The notes under the pieces were generated by a model. It was not told the DNA's origin and made no database searches. It saw only the letters and a program-made list of their open reading frames with translations. 64,000 nt of DNA from an uncultured archaeon A07HR67 (GTDB lineage Archaea > Halobacteriota > Halobacteria > Halobacteriales > Haloferacaceae). Made by a program: the position numbers and the translations under genes. The DNA is taken from NCBI GenBank assembly GCA_000496175.1, contig KI543168.1:462470-526469 (forward strand). Direction: 5' to 3'. Positions 1 to 9,861 of the stretch are shown piece after piece (position 1 is the first letter of the stretch; the number at the start of each line of letters is the position of its first letter).

Positions 1-191
1 GGACCGTGGTCGATCCGGTCGGCTTCGACGACCAGCCCGCAGTCGACGCAGACGCGTTCTGCGTCGTCTGTCTCGGTCCGTCCCGCACACTCCGGGCACT
101 CGTCGACGGCGCGTCTGGGCGTCGTCGGCTCGGCGGTGCGGCTGGCGTGAGAACGGTGCGAGCGGACGCGGGTGGGGCGTGTCTTGCTCAT
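1..191 (-). CDS. tfb: Transcription initiation factor IIB, 5' part (runs off window)
   Basis: Manual translation from ATG 191: MSKTRPT...DECPECAG...RVCVDCGLVVEADRIDHGP, a TFB Zn-ribbon plus IDxGP motif. Confidence 0.88.
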   Translation of the reverse strand, partial: MSKTRPTRVRSHRSHASRTAEPTTPRRAVDECPECAGRTETDDAERVCVDCGLVVEADRIDHG

Positions 192-351
192 CACATCTGA
201 ACCTCGGTCGGGATCCCTTACTTATACCCCGGTGGATCGGGCGGCGACCGACCGGCGCGGCACCGTCGAACCGACCGGTAACCGGTCGGTGGATCGCCCG
301 GCTCAGGGGGCCAGCGGTGGGTTTATCTACCGAACCGCGAGAAGAGAGATC

Positions 352-873
352 ATGACGTTGTCGGAGATCGCAGAGGGGCTCGAGGTGACCGCCAGCCAGC
401 GCGAGCGGGGCGTCGCCGTCGCGGACGACACGGACGTCCCGCTCGTGGAACGGCTGCGCGAGCACGGTCGGGAGTTGCCGTGTACGCCGGCGGCCACGGC
501 GACGCTGGTCGAGGCGTACACTGCCGGCCGGAGCGTCGGCGACGCCGCCGCCGCGGCGGGTCTCACCCCCATGACCGCCGCGAAGACGCTCCACCGGTGT
601 GGCGTCGCCGGCGTGTGTCCGCTCGCGCCGACGCGCCGCGGAATCGTCCGCGACTGGCTCGACGGTCGGCTCCCGCGCAGCGAGGCGGTGGCGCTCACGG
701 GCGGGAACGACGCCGACTTCGCGCTCGCGACGTACATCGAGACGCATGACCCGCTGCCGGCCGTCGCCGATATGGTCCACGCAAACGTCGCCGGGGCGGC
801 GCCGCTCGGCTCCGGGCTCGGCGCCGACGACCCGCTCGGCGACGCGCTCGGCTCGCCGGACGGGCTACGGTAG
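352..873 (+). CDS. Haloarchaeal-type hypothetical protein, possible HTH
   Basis: Acidic ORF from MTLSEIAEG; HTH-like segment GRSVGDAAAAAGLTPMTAAKTLHRCG. Confidence 0.75.
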   Translation: MTLSEIAEGLEVTASQRERGVAVADDTDVPLVERLREHGRELPCTPAATATLVEAYTAGRSVGDAAAAAGLTPMTAAKTLHRCGVAGVCPLAPTRRGIVRDWLDGRLPRSEAVALTGGNDADFALATYIETHDPLPAVADMVHANVAGAAPLGSGLGADDPLGDALGSPDGLR

Positions 874-893
874 GGCCGCGTCGCCGGGCCGGC

Positions 894-1667
894 TCACCGC
901 CGCAGCCGTCCGATCAGCCCGTCGGTTGCGACTCCGGCGTCGAGCGTCGTGTCGAACAGCCGCGCGTAGGCGTCCGCGACCGCTCGGGTGAACGCGCCGT
1001 CACCGGTCGCCGCCGTCGGCGCGGCGGCCACTCGCGGCGTCGTCGGCGGAAACACGACATCGGCGTCGAGCGTCTCCCCGGGATCGGTCCCGCGGCGGAC
1101 CGCGAGCGTCGCGTCGACGCCGGCCCCCACGTCGGCAACGCGGCCGTGGAGCCGCTGGAGCGCGTCGCGACCGTGTGGCGTCGGGGGGCACACCGCGGCG
1201 ACGCGGTCGGCCGTCGTGACCGTCGCCACCGCCTCGTTCGACGCCACCGGCGAGACGTCGACGACCACCGCGTCGTACGCGGCCGCCGCCTCGTCGATCC
1301 GGCGTTCGAGTCGGCGGGCAGCCTCGGCCGTCTTCGCGCGAGCGACCCGCTCGAACGGGGCGCGGGCCGGAATGGCGTCGGCGCGCCCCGAGAGGGCGAC
1401 GTCGCCGTCGTCCCCGTTTGGCTCGCCGACCGCAATCGGATACGTCGCCGCCGACAACGACGCGCCGGCCTCGTCGGTGACGAGCGTCGTGAGGTCGGTG
1501 GCGATTCGGCCGTGAACGTACTCAGAGAGCCCCTGCGTCGCGAACGCGGCGTCGACGACCGCCACGTCGCGGCCGCCGCGCGCCCCGATCGCCGCCAGCT
1601 CGACGGCGGTCCGTGTCGTCCCCGCGCCGCCGGTCGCCCCGACCAGCGCGAGCGTCGTCGCGTGCAT
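894..1667 (-). CDS. MinD/ParA-like protein with degenerate P-loop
   Basis: LVGATGGAGTT, VAVVDA, YDAVVVD motifs. Confidence 0.8.
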   Translation of the reverse strand: MHATTLALVGATGGAGTTRTAVELAAIGARGGRDVAVVDAAFATQGLSEYVHGRIATDLTTLVTDEAGASLSAATYPIAVGEPNGDDGDVALSGRADAIPARAPFERVARAKTAEAARRLERRIDEAAAAYDAVVVDVSPVASNEAVATVTTADRVAAVCPPTPHGRDALQRLHGRVADVGAGVDATLAVRRGTDPGETLDADVVFPPTTPRVAAAPTAATGDGAFTRAVADAYARLFDTTLDAGVATDGLIGRLRR

Positions 1668-1733
1668 GGCCTCCGCTCGACGGGTCACCGCTTAACCGCT
1701 TCGAAACGGCCGTTCACGGGACCCCAAGAGCGG

Positions 1734-2153
1734 TCACGGCGCGATCGCGGCGGCGATCTCGTCGAGTTCGTCGTCGGAAAGGTCGGGGCGTTCTCCGGCG
1801 ACCGCGTGAATCGGCGCGCCGCCGTCGCCAGCGAACCGTGGAATCACGTGCGCGTGGACGTGTGGGACCTCCTGACCGGCCGCCTCGCCGTCGTTGAGTC
1901 CGACGTTGGCCGCGTCGGCGTCGACCGCGTCCTGGACGCGAGGGGTGAGCGTGGTGACCGTCTCGAAGACGGCACTCGCGAGGTCGGCCTCGAGGTCGCC
2001 GACGCGAGGCGCGTGCGATTTCGGAATCACGAGCGTGTGGCCGGGTGCGAGCGGATTCGCGTCGAGAAACGCGATCACGTCGTCGGTCTCGTGTACGGTT
2101 CGGGCCGGGATGTCGCCGGCGACGATCGAACAAAAGACGCAGTCGTCGGACAT
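1734..2153 (-). CDS. hit: HIT family nucleotide hydrolase
   Basis: CVFC, GHTLVIPK, GQEVPHVHAHV histidine triad. Confidence 0.93.
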   Translation of the reverse strand: MSDDCVFCSIVAGDIPARTVHETDDVIAFLDANPLAPGHTLVIPKSHAPRVGDLEADLASAVFETVTTLTPRVQDAVDADAANVGLNDGEAAGQEVPHVHAHVIPRFAGDGGAPIHAVAGERPDLSDDELDEIAAAIAP

Positions 2154-2241
2154 ACGCGAGCGGTCGACGCCGCGACTCATCAACCTTTCCCGCCCGCCGG
2201 TCCGTCGGCCGACTCGTGTGTCGGCGACGGGAGAACGCCGG

Positions 2242-3174
2242 TCAGCGGTCGGCGTCCGGGAACGGCACCTCGATTCGGTCGCCGTCGTCGGGCAGCAGAC
2301 ACTCGCCGTCGAACGCACCGCGTGCCTCACGCCGGATCGGCGAGGCGTCGCCGGCGTACCGCGAGGAGACGTGCACCAACGCGAGACGGTCCGCTCCGGC
2401 GCGCTGTGCGATCTCGCCCGCCTCCCGACCCGTCGAGTGGGCGGTGTCGCGGGCGCGGCCGGCCATCTCGTCGGCGAAGGTCGCGTCGTGGACCAGCAGG
2501 TCTGCGTCGGCGGCGACCTCGACGGTGCGTTCGCGCGGGCGGGTGTCGGCGGTGTACACGAGCGTCCGGCCGGGCCGCGGCGGGCCGACGACCTGGTCGG
2601 GCTCTACCACGGTGCCGTCGTCGAGTTCGACCGTCTCGCCCGCGTGAAGCCGTCCGAACGCCGGGCCGACCGGAACGCCAAGCTCCTCGGCGCGGGGGCG
2701 GTCGAACCGGCCCGGGCGGTCGTCCTCCGCGAGAACGTACCCCTGCGAGCGCGTGCGGTGAGCCGTCTCGAAGGCAGACACGGCGTACTCGTCGGTCTCG
2801 AACGCGACCTCGCCGGGAGCGACCGGCTCGATGCGGACGGGAAACCCCGGCTGGTGACCCACGGCGTGGATGAGGTCGTCGAGGTCCGCGGCCGTGCCGG
2901 GCGGACAGTGGACGGTCAACGGCTCCGTTCGGTCGTTGAATCCGAGCGTCTGTACTAGCCCGGGGATCCCGAGGACGTGGTCGCCGTGGAGGTGTGAGAC
3001 GAACAAACGGTCGATGCCGAACCCGGTGCCGAACCGCATCATGCCGCGTTGAGTACCCTCGCCGCAGTCGAACAACAGCCGGTCGCCCTCGCGGTTGACG
3101 AACAGGGCGCTCGGGGCGCGCTCGGTGGTGGGGATGGCACCGCCCGTCCCGAGAAAGGTGACGCGAAGAGACAT
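2242..3174 (-). CDS. rnz: Ribonuclease Z
   Basis: FLGTGG, DCGEGTQ, HLHGDH, GP-rich exosite, HDATF, AHST, HVSSRY. Confidence 0.95.
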   Translation of the reverse strand: MSLRVTFLGTGGAIPTTERAPSALFVNREGDRLLFDCGEGTQRGMMRFGTGFGIDRLFVSHLHGDHVLGIPGLVQTLGFNDRTEPLTVHCPPGTAADLDDLIHAVGHQPGFPVRIEPVAPGEVAFETDEYAVSAFETAHRTRSQGYVLAEDDRPGRFDRPRAEELGVPVGPAFGRLHAGETVELDDGTVVEPDQVVGPPRPGRTLVYTADTRPRERTVEVAADADLLVHDATFADEMAGRARDTAHSTGREAGEIAQRAGADRLALVHVSSRYAGDASPIRREARGAFDGECLLPDDGDRIEVPFPDADR

Positions 3175-3259
3175 GCTCCGAGGTGAGGCGGGCGGCGGTA
3201 AACTCCTTTCGAGCCGCGGCGGTCGAAGCCGACATGTGTCGTCCGCCCCGAGAACGGTC

Positions 3260-3556
3260 ATGTACGACTCGATCGCCGCGCTCGTCCGTCAGGAGGGATG
3301 GCGGGCCGAGGGAGCCGCCGCCCGCGTCCACTACGACGGGGGCGGCGACCGGTTCGCCGTTGAGTTCTACGCCGAAGCCGACGCCGTGCTCTACTGGACC
3401 GTCCCCAGCGACGGAGAACCGGCGACAGACGCGGAGCCGAACGGAACCGCGGCTCCGGTCCCGCGCGAGTCGATTCCGGATCCGCTCCGCCGACGAATCC
3501 GAGAAGACCTCGCGGCCGCCGGCGTCGACCCGGCCGTCGAGCGCCGGCCCGTCTGA
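3260..3556 (+). CDS. Small hypothetical protein
   Basis: Acidic ORF MYDSIAALV... filling the gap divergent from rnz. Confidence 0.7.
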   Translation: MYDSIAALVRQEGWRAEGAAARVHYDGGGDRFAVEFYAEADAVLYWTVPSDGEPATDAEPNGTAAPVPRESIPDPLRRRIREDLAAAGVDPAVERRPV

Positions 3557-3747
3557 GGGGATTGCGGCCGGCGCGGCTCACGCGTCGTAGCCGGCGCAGT
3601 TTCCGGGGTGCTCCCCGTCGATTTCGTCGTCCGAACTCGCGCCGGTCCGTATTGGGAAACCCGCCGAAAGCGGCCAGTCTCTCCGATTTCTGTCGGCCGA
3701 TTCGGCCCGAAGGAAACCTATTTCACCGGCAGTCCGATAGAATGGCT

Positions 3748-5691
3748 ATGAGTGGTGTCGAGTGGGAAGAAGACGACCCGTTCGAGGAGCAGCGGGAAAC
3801 GATCGAGAACCCGATGAAGCGGTTGTTTCTCGCGTACGGCCGCGACTACGTGCCACAGCTCACCGTCGGGGTCGTCGCCAGCGTTTTCGCCCGGTTTCTT
3901 GACCTCCTGCCGCCGTTGATGCTCGGAATCGCCATCGACGCCGTCTTTTACGAGGACGCGGTCTTCAGCGAACAGATTCCGCTCGTCGTTCTGCCGGCCG
4001 GGTGGCTGCCGGCGAGTCAGACCGAGCAGTTCTGGTTCACCATCGGCGTCATCGCCGGCGCGTTCGCGCTCGGCGCCGCGTTCCACTGGGTCCGTAACTG
4101 GGGGTTCAACGCGTTCGCCCAACACATCCAACACGACATCCGGACGGACACGTACAACGAGATGCAGCGGCTGAACATGGCGTTCTTCTCGGACAAGCAG
4201 ACGGGCGAAATGATGTCGATTCTCTCGAACGACGTCAACCGACTCGAACAGTTTCTCAACGACGGGATGAACTCGTTGTTCCGGCTCTCCGTGATGGTCG
4301 TCGGCATCGGCGGGCTGCTGGTGTGGATCAACTGGCAGCTCGCGCTGGTCGCGTTGTTGCCGGTGCCGATCATCGGCGGGTTCACCTACCTGTTCATCCG
4401 GACGATCCAGCCGAAATACGCCGAGGTGCGCTCCTCGGTCGGAAAAATGAATTCTCGGTTGGAGAACAACCTCGGCGGGATCCAGGTGATCAAATCGTCG
4501 AACACCGAGTCGTACGAGTCCGACCGCGTCGACGACGTCTCGATGGACTACTTCGACGCCAACTGGGACGCCATCCGAACGCGGATCAAGTTCTTCCCGG
4601 CGTTGCGGGTGCTCGCCGGAATCGGCTTCGTGTTCACCTTCGTCGTCGGCGGGCTCTGGGTGTTTCAAAACGCCCCGCCGGGGCCGTTCTCCGGCGAGCT
4701 TTCCGTCGGAATGTTCGTCGTGTTCATCCTCTACACCCAACGGTTCATCTGGCCGATGGCGCAGTTCGGCCAGATCATCAACATGTACCAGCGCGCCCGC
4801 GCCTCCTCGGCACGGCTCTTCGGGCTGATGGACGAGCCCTCGAAGCTCGAACAGGAGGCCGACGCGCCTGACCTCGTCGTCGACGACGGTGAGGTCGTCT
4901 ACGACCGCGTCGCGTTCGGATACGGCGAGGAATCGATCGTCCGCGACATCGATTTCGCCGTCGGAGGCGGCGAGACGCTCGCGTTGGTCGGGCCAACCGG
5001 AGCGGGGAAATCGACCGTGCTCAAGCTGTTGCTCCGGATGTACGACGTCGACGAGGGGTCGATCCGGATCGACGGTCAAGACGTCGGCGACGTCACGCTG
5101 CGGTCGCTCCGGCAGTCGATCGGCTACGTGGGACAATCGTCGTACCTGTTTTACGGCACGGTGCGCGAGAACATCGCCTACGGAACGTTCGAGGCGACCG
5201 ACGGAGAGATCCGCGAGGCCGCGAAGGCGGCCGAGGCCCACGAGTTCATCGAGAATCTCCCGGACGGCTACGACACGATGGTCGGCGAGCGCGGAGTGAA
5301 ACTCTCCGGCGGCCAGCGCCAACGGGTCACCATCGCCCGGGCCGTGCTCAAGGACCCAGACCTGTTGATCCTCGACGAGGCCACCTCCGACGTCGACACC
5401 GAGACGGAGATGCTGATCCAGCGGTCGTTAGACCGGCTCACGGCCGACCGGACCACGTTCGCCATCGCCCACCGGCTCTCGACGATCAGAGACGCCGACA
5501 CCATTCTGGTGTTGGAGGGCGGAGAGATCGTCGAACGGGGAACCCACGAGCAACTGCTCGAAAACGGCGGGTTGTACGCGCACCTCTGGGGCGTTCAGGC
5601 CGGCGAGATCGACGAGCTGCCACAGGAGTTCATCGACCGCGCACAGGAACGGACCGCGCGGCTCATCGAGGACGCCGAAGGCGACGACTGA
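3748..5691 (+). CDS. ABC exporter, fused TMD + ATPase (MsbA/MDR type)
   Basis: TM domain, GPTGAGKS, LSGGQRQR, LILDEATS, IAHRLST; alternative ATG at 3742. Confidence 0.95.
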   Translation: MSGVEWEEDDPFEEQRETIENPMKRLFLAYGRDYVPQLTVGVVASVFARFLDLLPPLMLGIAIDAVFYEDAVFSEQIPLVVLPAGWLPASQTEQFWFTIGVIAGAFALGAAFHWVRNWGFNAFAQHIQHDIRTDTYNEMQRLNMAFFSDKQTGEMMSILSNDVNRLEQFLNDGMNSLFRLSVMVVGIGGLLVWINWQLALVALLPVPIIGGFTYLFIRTIQPKYAEVRSSVGKMNSRLENNLGGIQVIKSSNTESYESDRVDDVSMDYFDANWDAIRTRIKFFPALRVLAGIGFVFTFVVGGLWVFQNAPPGPFSGELSVGMFVVFILYTQRFIWPMAQFGQIINMYQRARASSARLFGLMDEPSKLEQEADAPDLVVDDGEVVYDRVAFGYGEESIVRDIDFAVGGGETLALVGPTGAGKSTVLKLLLRMYDVDEGSIRIDGQDVGDVTLRSLRQSIGYVGQSSYLFYGTVRENIAYGTFEATDGEIREAAKAAEAHEFIENLPDGYDTMVGERGVKLSGGQRQRVTIARAVLKDPDLLILDEATSDVDTETEMLIQRSLDRLTADRTTFAIAHRLSTIRDADTILVLEGGEIVERGTHEQLLENGGLYAHLWGVQAGEIDELPQEFIDRAQERTARLIEDAEGDD

Positions 5692-5719
5692 CGGCGACCG
5701 CGGAGGCGTACGGCCGGGC

Positions 5720-6037
5720 TCACGGTGACGTTCGGCTCCAGTCGCCCGCCTCGTCTGACACCCTGTCCGAGCGCAGGTGATCGTTGGCGGGGTGGTCGGC
5801 CAACTCCGCGAGAATCGCGTCGCGAACCTGCCGAGGCTCCCGAAACGTCGCCATGTCGGCGCGGCGCAACACCGACTCGAGGCGGTCGCTCCCGTCGGGG
5901 TGGTCGATCTCGAACCCGCCGTACTGTTCGATGAGCTCCTCGCGGGTCACCGGGTATGTGTGCTCGCGAAGCGCGGGCTTCAACGGGCCGAACGCCACGC
6001 CGTACACGTTTGCGGAGGTGGGCTCGTCCTCGGTCAT
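5720..6037 (-). CDS. Small haloarchaeal protein (DUF5789-like)
   Basis: HTYPVTREELIEQYG motif, acidic composition. Confidence 0.7.
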   Translation of the reverse strand: MTEDEPTSANVYGVAFGPLKPALREHTYPVTREELIEQYGGFEIDHPDGSDRLESVLRRADMATFREPRQVRDAILAELADHPANDHLRSDRVSDEAGDWSRTSP

Positions 6038-6120
6038 GCTCGCCGATTGATGTCCGACGTTGTAAGTCCATGGGCCGCGGGACCGGCGGCTATAGGAGGT
6101 CGGCGCTCACAAGAACCGGT

Positions 6121-6876
6121 ATGCGACTCGCGGACGCCACCTGGACGGACGTGCGTGACGCCGACGTCGACGTCGCGTTTCTCCCGGTCGGGAGTACCGA
6201 ACAACACGGCCCCCACGCGCCGCTCGGGACCGACACGCTGAACGCGGCCGCCGTCGCGGAGGCGGGAGCCGCAGCGTACGGCGCGGCGCCACAGGAATCG
6301 GACGACACGGACCGGGGAGAGGTGGTCGTCGCCCCCGCGGTTCCGGTCGGCGTCGCGGAGGAACACCGCGCGTTCGACGGGACGATGTGGGTGAGCCCGG
6401 AGACGTTTCGGTCGTACGTGCGCGAGGCGGCCGCGTCGCTCGCGGCGAGCGAGATCGACCGCGTCGTCTTCGTGAACGGCCACGGCGGCAACGTCGAGGC
6501 GCTCGCGGAGGTCGCCCGCCGCTTCTCGCGGGACCCCGACCACGACGGCTACGGGGTCGCGTTCACCTGGTTCGAGGCGGTCGGCGAGCACGCCGGCGAC
6601 ATGGGCCACGCGGGGCCGTTGGAGACGGCGTTGTTGCGCGCCACACGGCCGGAGCTCGTTCGAACGGATCGGATCGACGCCGCCCGCGACGGCAGAAGCG
6701 ACCGGTGGGGCGAGTGGGTCGCCGGCGTGAACCTCGCACACGACGCCGACGAGTTCACCGACAACGGCGTCGTCGGCGACCCCGCCGACGGCGACGCCGA
6801 ACGGGGCCGCGAGCTGCTCGACCGCGCCAGCGACGCGCTCGGCGAGGTGGCTCGTGCGGTCGTCGACCGACGGTGA
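6121..6876 (+). CDS. Creatininase-family amidohydrolase
   Basis: PVGSTEQHGPHAPLGTD, NGHGGN, GHAGPLET. Confidence 0.92.
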   Translation: MRLADATWTDVRDADVDVAFLPVGSTEQHGPHAPLGTDTLNAAAVAEAGAAAYGAAPQESDDTDRGEVVVAPAVPVGVAEEHRAFDGTMWVSPETFRSYVREAAASLAASEIDRVVFVNGHGGNVEALAEVARRFSRDPDHDGYGVAFTWFEAVGEHAGDMGHAGPLETALLRATRPELVRTDRIDAARDGRSDRWGEWVAGVNLAHDADEFTDNGVVGDPADGDAERGRELLDRASDALGEVARAVVDRR

Positions 6877-6903
6877 GGTCCCACCCTCACGACGACAGCT
6901 CGC

Positions 6904-7188
6904 TCAGATGCGGTCGTCGGGGTCGTGTGCGTCGCGCATCCGTCGTGCCTCCGTGGCGTACCGCTCGCGTCGGTCCGGGTCGGCGACCGAGCCGAGGTCG
7001 CCCGGGCCGGCGTCGACGGCGGCGGTCGTGTCCCGCACGTCAGAAAACGACGTGAGCGCCCGTTCCTTCCGAACGTATCGCTCGCCGTCGAGGGTGGCGT
7101 AGGTGAGGATCACCACGTTCTGCTCGTCGTCGGAGTACGTGCGTTCGACCAGCCAGACGCGGGCGTCGTTCGTCGTCGACTCGCTCAT
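6904..7188 (-). CDS. Hypothetical protein
   Basis: Acidic 94-aa ORF with TTTATT TATA-like box about 25-30 nt upstream. Confidence 0.75.
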   Translation of the reverse strand: MSESTTNDARVWLVERTYSDDEQNVVILTYATLDGERYVRKERALTSFSDVRDTTAAVDAGPGDLGSVADPDRRERYATEARRMRDAHDPDDRI

Positions 7189-7274
7189 ACCGGAGTATCG
7201 GGTGTCGGTGATAATAAATCAGGGCGCGCGTTCTCACCCGAAGACGGTGGTGAGATCGCCGGACGGCGAACCGC

Positions 7275-7667
7275 TCAGTCGCCGGCGTCTTGGAGTGCGC
7301 CGCGGATGGCGGGAACCGTGCCGGTGAGCGACGCGACCTCCTCGGCGGCCGACTCGATGTCGCCCACCAGCGATTCCAGCTCCGTGATCTCCGCTTCGAG
7401 GTCGGCGGCGTCCTCGAACGCGTCGGCGCGCTCGCCGAGGACGTACGCCTTCTTCGCCGAGCGCACGTGGTCTACCGCGTCGCCGGCGTCGAGCGCCGAT
7501 TTCAGTCCGTTGAGCGCGCCGAGCATGTTGTCGGCGTCGGTCACCCACACGTCGTCGGGGTCGGGCAACTCCTCGCGGGCGGCCTCAAGATGGTCTTCGA
7601 CCTCGGCGCGGGTCTCCGCGGCCGCCTCGCCGAATAGGTCGTCGTCGTCGAACGTGGACTGGCTCAT
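7275..7667 (-). CDS. Acidic helical protein (DUF5790-like)
   Basis: MSQSTFDDDDLFGEAA N-terminus. Confidence 0.8.
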   Translation of the reverse strand: MSQSTFDDDDLFGEAAAETRAEVEDHLEAAREELPDPDDVWVTDADNMLGALNGLKSALDAGDAVDHVRSAKKAYVLGERADAFEDAADLEAEITELESLVGDIESAAEEVASLTGTVPAIRGALQDAGD

Positions 7668-7833
7668 GCCGTAACCCTCGTGCCGGTCCGGCTTATACCC
7701 GAGCCCAAAAGCGGAAGTGAAGCTCGACGACGTGGCCCGTCCCGGTGGGCGGACACGGTCCGGGCCGAAACTCGGGCACCGGAGGCGTTCGGCCGGAAAC
7801 GGACGGAGAACGGGCCGGGACGCCGGCGGGTCG

Positions 7834-8136
7834 TCACCGCACGACCCGTCCCGGCGACGCGTCGGACGACCGGTCGAGCCCGGTCGCACCCGGGAGCCGG
7901 GAGACACACGACCGGCAGTATCGGTAGCCGCGCTCGTTTTCGACGTCACACTGCGGACACCGGACGACCTCGGCGTCCGGGTCGACGGCGTTGGTCTCGG
8001 CCCCCGAATCGGCCGCGTCGACGCCGAGTCCGCCGGTCGCGTGCTGATCCCGGAGACGACCCGCGCGGTACGCGATCAGGAGGCCGAGCGCAATCAGCGC
8101 GGCCTGGAGGCCGAACACGAGGCTGCTGCTGATCAT
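7834..8136 (-). CDS. Membrane-anchored zinc-ribbon protein
   Basis: N-terminal hydrophobic helix plus CPQC-x10-CRSC. Confidence 0.7.
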   Translation of the reverse strand: MISSSLVFGLQAALIALGLLIAYRAGRLRDQHATGGLGVDAADSGAETNAVDPDAEVVRCPQCDVENERGYRYCRSCVSRLPGATGLDRSSDASPGRVVR

Positions 8137-8199
8137 GTGGGGTCACCATCTGCGATCTAGTGTTTCCGATATAAAAAACGATTCGCCAAGATCCGCCGA

Positions 8200-9114
8200 T
8201 CAGGCGAGCTCCGTGTACTGCTCGGAGAGCTTCGTCGCCGCCTCGTCGAGAAGGTCGGCCTCGTACGCGTCGAGGTCCCACTCGACCACCTCCTCGACGC
8301 CGTTCGCGCCGAGCTTCGCCGGGACGCCGAACGCCGTGTCCTCGTAGCCGTACTCGCCGTCGAGCACCAGCGAGCAGGGGAGCACCTCGCCGGTGTCGTT
8401 CACGATCGCCTCGACGGTGTGGGCGACGCCGGTCGCCGGCCCCCACTGGGTGGCGCCCTTGCGGCTGATCACGTCCATCGCGGATTCTTGAAGATCCGCG
8501 AGAATCGTCTCCTTCTCGTCGTCGTCGAACGTCGGGTCCCGTCCGTTCACCCGGACCTTCGAGAAGACGGGCGCCTGTGCGTCGCCGTGCTCGCCGAGGA
8601 TCGTCGCCTCCACGTTGGTCGCGGGCGCGTCGAACCGCTCGGAGAGGACGTACCGGAAGCGCGCGGAGTCGAGCCGGCCGCCGAAGCCGATCACCGCGTG
8701 GCGGTCACGGTCGCCCGTCTCGTACAGGTGGCGGTTGAGCAGGTCGACCGGATTCGAGGTGGTGACGGTGACGAAATCGTCGTTGTGCTCGGCCAGCTGA
8801 GAGCCGATGTCCTCCATGATGGGGGCGTTGTCGCCCGCCAGGTCGATCCTGGTTTGCCCCTCCTTGCGGGGGATCCCCGCCGTGATCACGACGACGTCGG
8901 AGCCGGCGGTGTCCGCGTACTCCCCTTGTCTCACCGTCGTGTTCGAGTCGTAGGCGACGCCGTGGTTGGTGTCGGCCGCCTGGCCGATCGTCGTTTCTCG
9001 CTGGTCGGGGATGTCGACGAACACCAGCTCGTCGGGCACGCCGCGCAACGCGAGAGTGTAGCCGGCAGCCGCGCCCACGGTTCCCGCCGCGCCGATCACG
9101 CTGACTTTGGTCAT
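8200..9114 (-). CDS. mdh: Malate dehydrogenase (LDH-like)
   Basis: [37 protein letters not shown]. Confidence 0.95.
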   Translation of the reverse strand: MTKVSVIGAAGTVGAAAGYTLALRGVPDELVFVDIPDQRETTIGQAADTNHGVAYDSNTTVRQGEYADTAGSDVVVITAGIPRKEGQTRIDLAGDNAPIMEDIGSQLAEHNDDFVTVTTSNPVDLLNRHLYETGDRDRHAVIGFGGRLDSARFRYVLSERFDAPATNVEATILGEHGDAQAPVFSKVRVNGRDPTFDDDEKETILADLQESAMDVISRKGATQWGPATGVAHTVEAIVNDTGEVLPCSLVLDGEYGYEDTAFGVPAKLGANGVEEVVEWDLDAYEADLLDEAATKLSEQYTELA

Positions 9115-9215
9115 GTCACCTAACACCGCGACCGGACCGTGAGTAAACGTTTCGGAAGCCACGCCGCGTCTGCGTCGCGAAACGTCTAACTCGGGGCGGC
9201 ACACACCCACTCGTA

Positions 9216-9809
9216 GTGCCGACGTTCCGTTACCCGTGTCCCGGCTGTCGGACCACCAACAGCCTCCACGACGCCGACTGCGAGTTCGAGGGCGTGAGCT
9301 GGCCGACGATCGAGAAGGCGTACACCGACCTCCTCGCCGTCCTCACCGCCGACCGCGACGGCATGTCAGAATCCGGGCTGCGAGCGGCCGTCCCGGGCGA
9401 GTGGGACGGGCTGAACAAGGCCGCGCTGGGCGCGCTCGAACGCGAACAACGGGTCGTCCGCGACGACGGGCAGCTTCGGCTGCTCACCGCCGCGGAGTTC
9501 ACGGAGCTCGTCTCGGAGCCGACCCGCGAGCCGATGCGGACCATCTACGAGCGCGGCTCGGTGCCCGGCTGTCACGACAACGCCGTCTTCGCGATGGTCG
9601 CGTGGTACGAGATGGTCGGGCTCTCCTGGTCGGAGACCAAAGAAAACGTCGCCGAGTGGCTCCGAGCCTCCGGCGCGTGGGACCGAGGCGGGTTCGAGGA
9701 ATCGTCGCCCGAGGAGCTCGTCGAGTCGAAACGCCACGTGTACGAGGAGGGATACGGCTGGAAGGAGAAGGGACAGGCGGCGAAACGCGTCATCGAACGA
9801 CACGGCTGA
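9216..9809 (+). CDS. Hypothetical protein with CxxC-H-C zinc finger
   Basis: GTG start; CPGC-x6-H-x3-C; acidic composition. Confidence 0.8.
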   Translation: MPTFRYPCPGCRTTNSLHDADCEFEGVSWPTIEKAYTDLLAVLTADRDGMSESGLRAAVPGEWDGLNKAALGALEREQRVVRDDGQLRLLTAAEFTELVSEPTREPMRTIYERGSVPGCHDNAVFAMVAWYEMVGLSWSETKENVAEWLRASGAWDRGGFEESSPEELVESKRHVYEEGYGWKEKGQAAKRVIERHG

Positions 9810-9861
9810 CTGGCGGCACAGCACGACAGGTTTAGGCCGCTCGTTGGTCTCGTCTCGTACA

